DNA of 64,000 nucleotides from Rhodothermia bacterium (GTDB lineage: Bacteria; Bacteroidota; Rhodothermia; Rhodothermales; JAAAOL01): the NCBI GenBank assembly GCA_030428385.1, contig JAUIDY010000001.1:14279-78278 (forward strand), written 5' to 3'. The translations under genes and the position numbers were made by a program. Numbering within the stretch: the first letter of the stretch is position 1; each line of letters begins with the position of its first letter. The notes beneath the pieces were generated by a model. That model was not told where the DNA came from and did not search any database. It saw only the letters and a list, made by a program, of their open reading frames with translations. Shown here in pieces: positions 48,842 through 58,316 of this stretch.

Positions 48842-48978
48842 GACTGGTCTTGCTGGATTGAAGGCTCCTCGGTTGGTTTAAACGCGACGGCGGGCCCAGG
48901 ATTCCCTCACCCGTTCCAATTCGCCGGGTATGTTTCGCTTAAACAGGAAACCAATCTCGCCTTTTCTCTGACGGCCTT

Positions 48979-49722
48979 ATGTCTCGTTTCCTGTTTGCAC
49001 TTCTCCTTCTTTTCCCCGGCACTGCTATGGCTCAGTCCTTTTCCGGCACTTATGCCGGTACCCTCAACGGCACCCCTGCCACCCTCCTGCTTCAAGAAGA
49101 CGCCGCCGTGGTGCAAGGCCGCGTCGATGTCAGCGGCTACCAGTATGTGCTCCAGGCCCAGGTTCAAAACAACGCGGGCATCGGCATCTTGCAAGACGTG
49201 CAAACGGGCGGCGTCCTGAACGTGGAGTTGGCCCCGATGCCGCAGGGCGTAACGCTGGTGCTCGTCAGCCAAAACGGCTTCACGGGCCAGATGCAGCGGA
49301 CCGCACTTGCCTTTACTCGCAGCGAGGGCACCATTACAGACACCGCGCCACCTTCCAGTTCGACACCAGCCGCAGTCGGTGGCGCGCTCGACCCGCTTAT
49401 GGTGGGCGTATGGGCGCATCAGGAGATCTACAACAGCGGCGACTTCAGCGGCACCACGCAAGAAACTATGCAAGTCCACCCCGATGGCACCTTTGTCCTC
49501 GGTGGCGGGCAGGTAAGCGTGAGTGGAAGCTTTTTCTCGGGCAACACCGGAGGCGGTGGCGAAACCTTGCACGGCTTCTGGCAAACGCAGGGCAACATCG
49601 TCTACGTGCGCGGGCAAGGCCAAACGCAATGGGTGCCCTTCGCCCGGTATTACATCGAAAACGGGCGTATGCTGCTTACCTTCGGCGATGGCTCGCGACA
49701 GGTCTGGTACCGGCAGGGCTAA
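48979..49722 (+). CDS. Secreted hypothetical protein
   Basis: Signal MSRFLFALLLLFPGTAMAQ. Composition is beta-rich and Gly/Thr/Gln-rich, and no family was recognised. The stop overlaps the stop of the convergent kinase gene by 4 nt. Confidence 0.6.
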   Translation: MSRFLFALLLLFPGTAMAQSFSGTYAGTLNGTPATLLLQEDAAVVQGRVDVSGYQYVLQAQVQNNAGIGILQDVQTGGVLNVELAPMPQGVTLVLVSQNGFTGQMQRTALAFTRSEGTITDTAPPSSSTPAAVGGALDPLMVGVWAHQEIYNSGDFSGTTQETMQVHPDGTFVLGGGQVSVSGSFFSGNTGGGGETLHGFWQTQGNIVYVRGQGQTQWVPFARYYIENGRMLLTFGDGSRQVWYRQG

Positions 49723-52409
49723 TCCGCCTGCAACAGGGCCTCATACGTCGCCGCTTCGTCGGGCTTGTCCCAGGCTTTGTACAGGGCCTCCAGTGTTTGA
49801 TACACCTGCGGCAGTTGGGCCTGTGCCTCGGGCTCCGCATTGAGCACGTCGGCCAGTTCGAGCAGCTTCGCTTCTGCTTCGTCAAACCGCCCTTGCACCG
49901 TGAACAGGTGCGCCCGGTTCGTGACGATGCGGACCACTTCGGGGTGTGTCGGCGGGAAAATACTGCGGCGGATGGATTCGGAAGCCGCCATCACGGTCTC
50001 GGCCTCGGCGTACTGTTCGCGCTCCATCAGCACCAGCCCCAGGTTGTTCAGCGTGCGGGCGACGAGGGGATGCTCGGGGCCGAACGCGGCCTGCCGCATC
50101 GCCAGGGCCTCGCGCAGCACCGGTTCGGCGGCCTCGGCGTTGCCCTGCAAGCGGTACAACTCGCCGAGGTTGTTCATGCTGTGCGCTACGCGCGGGTGCG
50201 TCGCGCCAAAGAGTTGCCGGTGCAGGTCCAGCGAACGCTGGAACAGCGGCTCGGCCTCGTCATAGCGCTGCTGCCGCATCAAGAGCCCCGCCAGGTTGTT
50301 CAGGATGCCAGCCACATCGGGGTGCGCATCGCCGAGGGCTGCCTGGGTGATGCCGAGCGACTCGCGCAGCAAATCGGTGGCTTCGGGCAGGTTGCCCCGG
50401 TTGTACATCAGCCCGGCGAGGTTGTTGATGCTGGCGGCCACTTCCGGGTGTTCCTCGCCCAGCACCTCCCGGCGCATCGCCAGCGCTTCGCGGAGCTTCG
50501 GCTCGGCCTCGTCCAGCCGGTTCTCGCTCATGTAGAGCAGCCCCAGGTTGTCCAGGGTACGGGCGGTCTCCTGGTGCGTCCCCAGCGTTTGGCGCTGGAT
50601 GGCAAGGGCCATCTGCCCTAGCGAGTCTGTGCGGGCAACCTCGTTTTTGTGGCGAAACAGTTCGGCCATCCGGTTGAGCGTACGTGCCACCTCGGGATGT
50701 TCGTCGCCATGTGCCCGGCGCTGCACCACGAGCGCTTCGCTGAGTAACGCCTCTGCTTCGTCGAAGGCTTGCATGTATTGCTGCAACGCCCCGAGTTCAA
50801 AAAGACTGCGCCCGAGATCGGGATGGTCATCGGCAAAGAATTGCCGCCGCCGTGTCAGCGACTCGCGCAGCAGCGAATCGGCCTCGGCGTAGAGTCCGAG
50901 GTTAAAATACACGACGCCGAGCGTCTGGAGCATCTGCGTTTGCAGTTCGGGCTGCTGGTCAAGGTCACGGCGCACCTTGGCGGTACTCAGGTGGATGAAG
51001 TCGCGGATGCGCAGCGAGTCGAGCGGTTCGTCCTGTGGCACAAACGGGTCCGAGGCCTGAAACAGGTTTTCGAGGAACGTGACGGCCTGCTGTGCCTTAT
51101 CGCGCTCCACCTGCGCGAGGTCGCGTTCTTCGGTGACGCGCACCGTGTAGAACGCCGCAAACCCCACGAGCAGCGCCACAAACGCCGCCGTCAGCGCCAC
51201 GCCGAGTTGGTGCCGCCGGACAAAGGAGCGGAAGCGATATCCGAACGTATCGGGGCGAGCGGTGACGGGCAACCCCGCCAGATGCCGCCGGATGTCTTCA
51301 ACAAACGCCTCGGCGCTGGCGTAGCGGCGTTCGGGTTCGGGGCGCAGGGCTTTCAGGCAGATCACGTCCACGTCGCCGCGCAGCCGCCGTTGCAACTGGC
51401 TGGCGTTGGTGCCCCGCGCCGCCCCCACCGCCTCCGGCTCGATAGTGGCCGTGCCGTCGCGGTCGGGCATCGTCTTGGTCACGGCCGTGGAGGGTCGGTC
51501 GGGCGTACCGGTGGTTTCGTTGCTCTTCGGACGGCGTCCCGTCAGCAGTTCATACAGCACCACGCCGAGCGCATAGACATCGGCGGTGGTGGTCACCTGC
51601 GTCCCTGCCACCTGCTCGGGCGCGGCATATTCGGGTGTGAGCACCCGCATCCCCGTCTGCGTGATGGCGGTCTCGGATACGTCCTCGGCCAAGAGCTTGG
51701 CGATGCCGAAGTCGAGCAGCTTCACGCGCCCTTTTTCGGTGACGAGGATGTTGGAGGGCTTGAGGTCGCGGTGGATGACGAGGTTCTGGTGCGCAAACTG
51801 CACCGCCTCGCCGACGGTCATAAAGAGCTGCAGCCGTTCTTCCACGGACAGCCGGTGCGCGTCGCAATACCGATCCAGTCGTTGCCCATCGATGTATTCC
51901 ATCGCCAGATAGGGCCGTCCGTCGGCCGTCATGCCGCCGTCGTAGAGCCGGGCGATGTTGGGATGGTTGAGCGAGGCGAGAATCTGCCGTTCGTGACGGA
52001 AGCGGCGCAGGATTTCGTCGGTGTCCATGCCACGCTTGACGACCTTAAGCGCCACCTGCCGTACAAACAGCCCGTCGGCCCGTTCGGCGAGATAGACAGC
52101 CCCCATCCCACCCCGCCCCAGTTCCTCCACCACGCGGTACGGCCCAACGGCATCGCCCACTGCGAGGTCATCTTCCCACTCCGTATCGAGATCGGGCAAG
52201 AGCGGCGCGGCGAAAGCGCTCACCGATTCGCCGAGCGCGTCTTCGGCCTCGGCGTCGCTTTTGAGCAGCGCCACCACTTCGCTGTAGAGTTCCACATCAT
52301 CGCCGCAGGTGGCCCGCAAAAAGGCCGTGCGCTCATCCGCCGGACGCTCCAGCGCCTCGGCAAAAAGCTGATCAATCTGCTGCCATCGCTCGCGGGGAAT
52401 GGTAGGCAT
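49719..52409 (-). CDS. Ser/Thr protein kinase with TM helix and C-terminal TPR array
   Basis: N-terminal RWQQIDQLFAEALERPADERTAFLRATCGDD leader, then the kinase core (HRDLKPSNILV, DFGIAKL, TPEYAAPEQ) and a TM segment (LGVALTAAFVALLVGFAAFY). About 11 TPR-like 40-42-aa repeats follow (HPxVAxxLNNLGxLY...). Confidence 0.85.
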   Translation of the reverse strand: MPTIPRERWQQIDQLFAEALERPADERTAFLRATCGDDVELYSEVVALLKSDAEAEDALGESVSAFAAPLLPDLDTEWEDDLAVGDAVGPYRVVEELGRGGMGAVYLAERADGLFVRQVALKVVKRGMDTDEILRRFRHERQILASLNHPNIARLYDGGMTADGRPYLAMEYIDGQRLDRYCDAHRLSVEERLQLFMTVGEAVQFAHQNLVIHRDLKPSNILVTEKGRVKLLDFGIAKLLAEDVSETAITQTGMRVLTPEYAAPEQVAGTQVTTTADVYALGVVLYELLTGRRPKSNETTGTPDRPSTAVTKTMPDRDGTATIEPEAVGAARGTNASQLQRRLRGDVDVICLKALRPEPERRYASAEAFVEDIRRHLAGLPVTARPDTFGYRFRSFVRRHQLGVALTAAFVALLVGFAAFYTVRVTEERDLAQVERDKAQQAVTFLENLFQASDPFVPQDEPLDSLRIRDFIHLSTAKVRRDLDQQPELQTQMLQTLGVVYFNLGLYAEADSLLRESLTRRRQFFADDHPDLGRSLFELGALQQYMQAFDEAEALLSEALVVQRRAHGDEHPEVARTLNRMAELFRHKNEVARTDSLGQMALAIQRQTLGTHQETARTLDNLGLLYMSENRLDEAEPKLREALAMRREVLGEEHPEVAASINNLAGLMYNRGNLPEATDLLRESLGITQAALGDAHPDVAGILNNLAGLLMRQQRYDEAEPLFQRSLDLHRQLFGATHPRVAHSMNNLGELYRLQGNAEAAEPVLREALAMRQAAFGPEHPLVARTLNNLGLVLMEREQYAEAETVMAASESIRRSIFPPTHPEVVRIVTNRAHLFTVQGRFDEAEAKLLELADVLNAEPEAQAQLPQVYQTLEALYKAWDKPDEAATYEALLQAD

Positions 52410-52519
52410 AGGGTTTCTGGTTGGCTTTCGGCTGTCAGCTATCGGCTATCAGAGGGTACACGGTTGGCCTCCTTCGCGCGCTCCTTCCCACAAACCACCT
52501 CTCCATTCCCTATCGCAAT

Positions 52520-53119
52520 TCACGCCTTCGGCGTATCATCGGCTCCGTCGTCGTCGTGCATCACGCGGTAGAGCCAGGCCCGCGCTCGCCGCCAGTCGCG
52601 CTTGAGGGTGGGAATGGACCAGCCCGTGACTTCGGCGATTTCTTCGTACGTCAGCCCGCCGAAGAAGCGGTATTCGACCAGCCGCGCGAGCCGCTCGTCA
52701 TATTCGGCCAGCTTGTCGAGGGCGTCGTTCAGCGACAGCAGGTCGGCGCTGCGGGCGTCGGCCTCCACGCCGATCTGGACCTTGCTGATGGGCAGATCAC
52801 GCTCGGCCCCGCCGCGTTTTTGGGCGGTGCGCCGCCGCGCATAATCGACGAGGATGTAGCGCATCGCCTGCGAGGCCGTGGCAAAAAAGTGGGCGCGGTC
52901 TTGCCACTGCACCTGCGTCTGATCGACCAGCTTCAGGTACGCCTCATGCACCAGTGCCGTCGTGTTGATGGTGTCGGTGGAACGATGGCGGCCCAGGCGC
53001 ATGTGGGCCATGCGCCGTAGCTCGTCATAGACCCGCTCATACAGGTCATTCGCCGCGACCCGGTTGCCATCGCGGGCCTCGTGCAAGAGCATCGTCACGT
53101 TGGTGGAAGCAGCTTTCAT
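52520..53119 (-). CDS. ECF-type sigma factor of the Ser/Thr-kinase-associated class (Sigma70_ECF / TIGR02999-like)
   Basis: LLHEARDGNRVAANDLYERVYDELRRMAHMRL...TALVHEAYLKLVDQ...WQDRAHFFATASQAMRYILVDYAR, with region 4 LTYEEIAEVTGWSIPTLKRDWRRARAWL. Confidence 0.85.
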   Translation of the reverse strand: MKAASTNVTMLLHEARDGNRVAANDLYERVYDELRRMAHMRLGRHRSTDTINTTALVHEAYLKLVDQTQVQWQDRAHFFATASQAMRYILVDYARRRTAQKRGGAERDLPISKVQIGVEADARSADLLSLNDALDKLAEYDERLARLVEYRFFGGLTYEEIAEVTGWSIPTLKRDWRRARAWLYRVMHDDDGADDTPKA

Positions 53120-53340
53120 GATGCGACGCCTATCTCTTGGAATTAGCCCAAGTTAAGCGTCCGCCTGCCTACTTCCAAGCTACGATGTTGATACGCTTGC
53201 TCGCCGTTTTGCGATAGAGGGAATGAAGGTCGCGCTGGGTGCCTGTCATCACCTCTTTCCTGATCACGTCCTGGCTCCCTGTGACAGGCACCGCGCCGAC
53301 CTGCCAATCTCGTCTGCTCCTGCTTTTCGCTGTGCCTGTC

Positions 53341-55425
53341 ATGTCTGTTCGCACGCTGCTGCTCTTGCTCTTCGTCCTCTGGTTTCCTGAATCGGCCCGC
53401 GCCCAGGCCCCTTCGCTCACGGTCAACCTCGCCGTCGTCGATCCGGCCTCGGTGGGACGCTTCGAGCCCCTGACCCTGCAATTTAACCGCGCCCCCAACG
53501 CCGCCGACGGGCACATCGCTGTGTTTCTGGACGAGATGGACCTGACGGCGTTGTTTAGCATCGCAGGCCCTGTGTGGCGCTACGTGCCTGATTTGCTGGC
53601 GCTGCCCTCTGGCGACCATGAACTGATTGTTTATCAGGATACGGGCGATGGGCGATGGCAAGACATTGCCCGCTTTGCGATGCGGGTGCAATTGCCCGGC
53701 GGTTTCAACCAGGCGGCGTTCCAACCGGCGCTTACGCTCAACAACAAGGGCCAGCTTGCGCAGGGCCTCTTTCCCGAGCCCCCCGAACCCCTCGACCGCG
53801 CGGAATACCAAGATCTCACGGGGCAGTTTGGTGGGATGCTGACGGTACAACGCTCCGCATGGACCGCCGAGGCGCAAGCCAACGTCATCGGCGTGAGCTA
53901 CCAGAACGAGGCGCTGCGCTTCAACGAACGCGCCGAAGAAGCCCCCAAGGTCGACCTGGCCGATTACCAGTTTGGGCTGCAACGCGGCAAGGTGCGGGCG
54001 AGCGTGGGGCATCTCTCGTATGGGCACCACCGCTACCTCATGGACAACTTTGGCAGCCGGGGCCTGACCGTGGGCGCGACGCTGGTGGACGGCGTGGACG
54101 TGTCGGTAGCCACGATGAACGGCTCGCGCCTCGTCGGGTGGAGCAACCCGCTGGGGCTCAACGACCGCAACCACCGCATGACGAGCGGCACGTTTGGGTT
54201 CGAGTTTGTGCGCTCGCAGCCGGGGACACTGCGCTTCGAAGCGTCGTACCTCGTCGGCTCGAAGCTGCCGCAGAACAGCTTCAACCAGGGCGCTGTGCTG
54301 GATGCCGAGCGCAGCCGGGGCGCGGGGGCCCGCGTGCAGGCCAATTTTTTGCAACAGCGACTGCGCATCGAAGGCGGCGTCGCGGGCAGCCGCTACGACC
54401 ATCCTGAAGATCCAGAACTGGCACAGGATGAGACCCTCGTCCCGGTCGAAGAAGAGCGCAAATACGCGCACTACCTCGACGTCTCGGCCGAGGTGATCCA
54501 GAACCTCAAGCTGACCGAACAGCATCGGCTAGGCCTGACGGCAGCGTTCCGGCGCGAACGCGTCGATCCGCTCTACCAGACCGTTGCCGCCTTTGTGCGC
54601 CCAGATCAGTTGCAGAATGTCTTGGAAGCGCAGGCGTTCGTGGGCCCGCTGAATGTGCAGGCCAGCCGCGTCCGCAGCGAGGACAACCTCGACGAAATCC
54701 CGTCGATCCTCAAGAGCGAGACCGAAAGCCGGGACCTGAACCTGAGCCTGCAAACAGCAGCGTTTGCGCCGACGGCCAATGCCACCGTGGCCTCCTTGCT
54801 GCCGAGCCTGTCATACGGCTACAACCAGACGCACCAGTTCGGCATCGCGATTCCGCTGGATGGCGGCTTCAACGCCTCGCACATCCCCGACCAACTCAGC
54901 GAAGTCCGCCGCGCCCGCGCCGACTGGCAGGGCCGCAAATGGCGGCTCGGCTTCGAACGCAGCCGTGCCACGCAGGACAACCGCCAGGAAGGCCGCGAAG
55001 ACGCCGATTTTGCGACCAACACCAACACATTCTCCGTCAGCCTGCGCCCGACGCGCTGGTTCGACGTCACCTTCGATCTCCTCAACGAAGCTGCCGAAAG
55101 CCTCGCCGACTCCACCGTCGAGCACACACGACGGCTCGGCGTGCGCGGCTCGCTGCGTCCGCTCTCGGCGCTGATGCTCTCGGCCAACTATTCCCCGACG
55201 CGCTCCCAGGACGACGCGGAGATCATGCTGCGCACCAACGCGAGCCTGCGCCTCGAAGCGGCCTACAGCTTCCAGTACGACGGCGGCCTCGGCTTCCCCG
55301 TGCGCGGCCAGGTCTTTCTCCGCTACGCCCGGCAGGAACGCACCAACCGCAACTTCGCCTTCGACATCGACGACGAGAACCGCACGTGGTCGGTGAATAC
55401 CGGCGTCAGCTTAAGCCTTTTTTGA
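53341..55425 (+). CDS. Large outer-membrane beta-barrel protein (family unassigned)
   Basis: ATG 53341 gives the signal MSVRTLLLLLFVLWFPESARAQ. Alternating strand pattern with terminal ...NTGVSLSLF (C-terminal Phe). Confidence 0.6.
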   Translation: MSVRTLLLLLFVLWFPESARAQAPSLTVNLAVVDPASVGRFEPLTLQFNRAPNAADGHIAVFLDEMDLTALFSIAGPVWRYVPDLLALPSGDHELIVYQDTGDGRWQDIARFAMRVQLPGGFNQAAFQPALTLNNKGQLAQGLFPEPPEPLDRAEYQDLTGQFGGMLTVQRSAWTAEAQANVIGVSYQNEALRFNERAEEAPKVDLADYQFGLQRGKVRASVGHLSYGHHRYLMDNFGSRGLTVGATLVDGVDVSVATMNGSRLVGWSNPLGLNDRNHRMTSGTFGFEFVRSQPGTLRFEASYLVGSKLPQNSFNQGAVLDAERSRGAGARVQANFLQQRLRIEGGVAGSRYDHPEDPELAQDETLVPVEEERKYAHYLDVSAEVIQNLKLTEQHRLGLTAAFRRERVDPLYQTVAAFVRPDQLQNVLEAQAFVGPLNVQASRVRSEDNLDEIPSILKSETESRDLNLSLQTAAFAPTANATVASLLPSLSYGYNQTHQFGIAIPLDGGFNASHIPDQLSEVRRARADWQGRKWRLGFERSRATQDNRQEGREDADFATNTNTFSVSLRPTRWFDVTFDLLNEAAESLADSTVEHTRRLGVRGSLRPLSALMLSANYSPTRSQDDAEIMLRTNASLRLEAAYSFQYDGGLGFPVRGQVFLRYARQERTNRNFAFDIDDENRTWSVNTGVSLSLF

Positions 55426-55512
55426 GGGAAGGGGGAAGTGGTGAGTGGGAAGAGAAGAAAATCGGGTCAGGCACCCTCACGTTTTTACGCATTACGTCTT
55501 ACGCAACCAGCC

Positions 55513-56793
55513 ATGAAAACATATATCTATCGACTCGCAACCGGGCTGTTGTTGGCCCTGCTGATGATCCCGTCGGCGCTGGCGCAGATCAGCGTGAACC
55601 CGTCGGGCGTGAATGTGAATGCCAACGGCGCGACGGTGGTGTTTCTGACCTACGGCGGCCTCGAAGGCTACGTGCCGACGGAAGCACAGTGGTGCGGCGA
55701 GATCCAGGACGCCTTCCCCGATGTGGGCCAGCGCTGCCAGCCGGGCACGCTGTTCGGGCAGTTGCCGCTGCGGAGCAACTTCGGACGCACCAGCGGCACG
55801 GGCGGCTTCACCGACATCATGTCGATCCCGGCCTCGGTGGCGCGGCGGGCGTACCAGTCGGCCCGCGACGGCGACGACTCGCGGTTTTATTATGTCCGGC
55901 GCTTTGTGCCGGACACCGTCAACGGCCCCGATGTGTACGTGGCCGTGACGTGCCGCCTCACTGGCGGCGGGGCGCGAACGCCGTTTGCGCTGCTCGACGT
56001 GCAGATGCGGTTCCAAACCGACGCGACGATTCAGTCGGTGGCGGCGGGTGAAACGCTGCCGCCCGTCGAAGCCGAGATTTCGTACAACGGCACCGGCACC
56101 CTGCGCGGACGCTGGGAAGTGGTGCTCCCCGGCGAGGAGCCGCCCACCGAGCGCGACCTGCTCACCGAAGCCACGCTGCCTGTGGAAGAACGCGGTTTGC
56201 AGCGACGCTATACCGAAGTGGGCAGCTTCAGCCTGTTTTTGCCGCCGTCCACAGGTGCCCGCTTTGTCTTGCGCGGCCCCAACCCCGATGACATTCCGAA
56301 TGAGGTGGAAGGGCTGTACCAGTTGCTGCTCCGCATCGAAGCCACCGACGACAAGGAGGGCGACTCCAATCTGGCATCCGTCGGCGCAGGCGAAGGCGTG
56401 GTGCACACCGGGGCCGTCGCCGGTTTCCCGATTCCGCCGCTGCGGTACTTTGTCGGGCAGGCGTCGGGGCATGCCGCACCCGTGCGGGGAAAGCTCTACG
56501 CCCTGCTACCCGAACCCGATATGCACTGGGCCGACGAAACCGCCCTCGACTTTAGCTGGACCGAGACGCCGCTGGCTTCGCTCTATCGCCTGGAGGTATG
56601 GGCCAGCGACACCGAGCGCGTGCTTGCCGCCGTGCTTCCGGCCAGTCTCGCCAGTTACCGCGCTCCGGCATGGCTGCGCGACAAAGCCACCGAGGGCCAC
56701 CTGCGCTGGCGCGTCGCCGCCATCGGCTACGAGGGGCAGGAAATTGCCCGCACGGACTGGCGCATGGTGCGGCTGGGCATGCCTGCGCCGTAA
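55513..56793 (+). CDS. Secreted hypothetical protein
   Basis: ATG 55513 gives the signal MKTYIYRLATGLLLALLMIPSALAQ. No family was recognised. Confidence 0.6.
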   Translation: MKTYIYRLATGLLLALLMIPSALAQISVNPSGVNVNANGATVVFLTYGGLEGYVPTEAQWCGEIQDAFPDVGQRCQPGTLFGQLPLRSNFGRTSGTGGFTDIMSIPASVARRAYQSARDGDDSRFYYVRRFVPDTVNGPDVYVAVTCRLTGGGARTPFALLDVQMRFQTDATIQSVAAGETLPPVEAEISYNGTGTLRGRWEVVLPGEEPPTERDLLTEATLPVEERGLQRRYTEVGSFSLFLPPSTGARFVLRGPNPDDIPNEVEGLYQLLLRIEATDDKEGDSNLASVGAGEGVVHTGAVAGFPIPPLRYFVGQASGHAAPVRGKLYALLPEPDMHWADETALDFSWTETPLASLYRLEVWASDTERVLAAVLPASLASYRAPAWLRDKATEGHLRWRVAAIGYEGQEIARTDWRMVRLGMPAP

Positions 56794-56811
56794 TAAAATA
56801 GCGGCGTCCCG

Positions 56812-57732
56812 CTACTCCGCATAGGTATAATTCAAGAGTCCCCTGGCTGCCGACACATGGCTCGAAGGTTTTCCACTGAGTCCTTTGATGAAGTCCTGCA
56901 GCACCTTTTTCATCAGCGTCTGCTTGTTGTCCCCGGCCAGAAAAAACCGAATCACGAGCCTCACATCCTTCTCGTTCAGCTTCTTTTCGTTGATCTTTTT
57001 GTGCAACCCCTTCAGCACCTTATCACGGGTCTGTTGCCACAGGGTGTGGTATTCAGTGATCCGCCATTTGAAGTCGGTGGCGCGGATATACCGTTTGGAC
57101 TGGGTCGGTGGCGTGTCTCCAAAGACCCACGCCGTGTAGGTATACGCCACACACAGCATCTGGTACAGTGTCCGGTCGAAGCGGCTGGCATCATACAGCG
57201 CATAGGCCGTGCTGATGGCAAAAAGCGGGAGGCCCGCAAACCCGGCCGCCGTCCCCAAACCCCCACCAACCACCCCCAGCGTTCCCAACACATCGATTAT
57301 GCCCGCCGCATTGGAGACCCAACCCATAATGCTATCCACCTTGCCCAGTTGTTCGTTGGTCAGTTTGTGCCGGTTCTTCAGAAAATCTTTTACGATCTGC
57401 TTCTTTCTGTAATCGGGCATGTTGGGCGGGCCGTTTTCCCTTTTGACGCGCACCACATCGTCCTTTGTAAACGTGATGCGTGACACCCGAGGCCGCTGCA
57501 GGGAGGTGATTAACGTGGGCAGGTGATAGAGCGTCTCGCCGGTGTAGATCAAGTTGAAATCCTTGATGCCGATGAGCTTCTTTTGTCGATTCACACGGGC
57601 AAAAACCCAGAACGTCCACGGATTGCCATAAATGGCCATGGAATACACCCCAAGGATGTCACCGTACTTCACTTTGATGGCCCCATCATTCGCCATCATG
57701 ACCCGATATGGCCCTTTTTGATAATGCAACAT
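56812..57732 (-). CDS. Hypothetical protein: N-terminal LysM-like domain + glycine-zipper membrane hairpin + Lys-rich C-terminal domain
   Basis: ATG 57732 is preceded by aggagg. IKVKYGDILGVYSMAIYGNPWTFWVFARVN...IKDFNLIYTGETLYHLP fits the LysM pattern. GIIDVLGTLGVVGGGLGTAAGFAGLPLFAI is a Gly-zipper. G+C is lower and the composition is Lys-rich compared with neighbouring genes. Confidence 0.6.
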   Translation of the reverse strand: MLHYQKGPYRVMMANDGAIKVKYGDILGVYSMAIYGNPWTFWVFARVNRQKKLIGIKDFNLIYTGETLYHLPTLITSLQRPRVSRITFTKDDVVRVKRENGPPNMPDYRKKQIVKDFLKNRHKLTNEQLGKVDSIMGWVSNAAGIIDVLGTLGVVGGGLGTAAGFAGLPLFAISTAYALYDASRFDRTLYQMLCVAYTYTAWVFGDTPPTQSKRYIRATDFKWRITEYHTLWQQTRDKVLKGLHKKINEKKLNEKDVRLVIRFFLAGDNKQTLMKKVLQDFIKGLSGKPSSHVSAARGLLNYTYAE

Positions 57733-57867
57733 GGTCGCTCCTCCTGTTGAAGTGCCTAGACCAAAGAGGTAACCGATGCGAGGACACACAATGACGTGCG
57801 TGTGCATGCCCCCAAACATCCTACTTCCTGATCCTTCTTCAACCCTAGGCGACAGGTAGCCGCGCCA

Positions 57868-58250
57868 TGGCCCATAAAAAACGGGGCCACACGCTCAAGC
57901 AAGAGGAACCAACCCCGATCCACCTCTCGCTCCACCATCTGCGCATGGTAGGCGTGTGGCCTTTTTATCCTTTACGTACCCCGCCACAGCGAGGGGTGGC
58001 GATCTCACCCCGTGTGGGTTTGCCACTTGGGATCGGGGTGACATCGCCACGGCGCAGTGCACCTCGCGATGTCATGATCAGGAGGTGTGTTTCTTTGCCG
58101 TTTCCTCTGGCTGACACCACTTTTGAAAAAGGGAGGTGCAAGGTTCCGAAGCCCGTAATCCTCTCTGACAACACGCTCGATCCGGCTTCGCCTCTGCTCG
58201 CTTTGTTGTCTGTCTCTCCTAAAGACATACGAGAGAGACAGATTTCATTG
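57868..58250. other. Highly structured non-coding region (candidate ncRNA or long leader/3' UTR)
   Basis: No credible ORF. Perfect helices: 57885-57894/57952-57961 (10 bp, flanked by A6 and T5); 57996-58003/58043-58050 plus 58005-58012/58034-58041 plus 58014-58017/58023-58026; 58058-58065/58133-58140 (8 bp); 58147-58153/58184-58190 (7 bp); 58209-58218/58233-58242 (10 bp). Confidence 0.3.
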
Positions 58251-58316
58251 GAACGTATGTGGAAATGGAATCGGAGAGGTTGAACCATTCGATGCGCAAC
58301 CAATCTTTTGATATGG

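Noticed and set aside
58120-58165. Partial resemblance of aaagggaggtgcaaggttccgaagcccg to the GGGAA...GGTG.AA.TCC...CCCG core of cobalamin riboswitches
   Set aside because: The P3 stem is missing. The GCCAC-type box lies upstream rather than downstream. No cobalamin-related gene follows on either strand.
57867-58303. ORFs 57867..58283 (+, 138 aa) and 57965..58303 (-, 112 aa) in the SDR/LysM-like intergenic region
   Set aside because: They overlap each other on opposite strands, have no motifs and an Arg/Pro/Ser-rich composition, and lack ribosome-binding context. They are threaded through the strong RNA-type helices, so the region is treated as non-coding.
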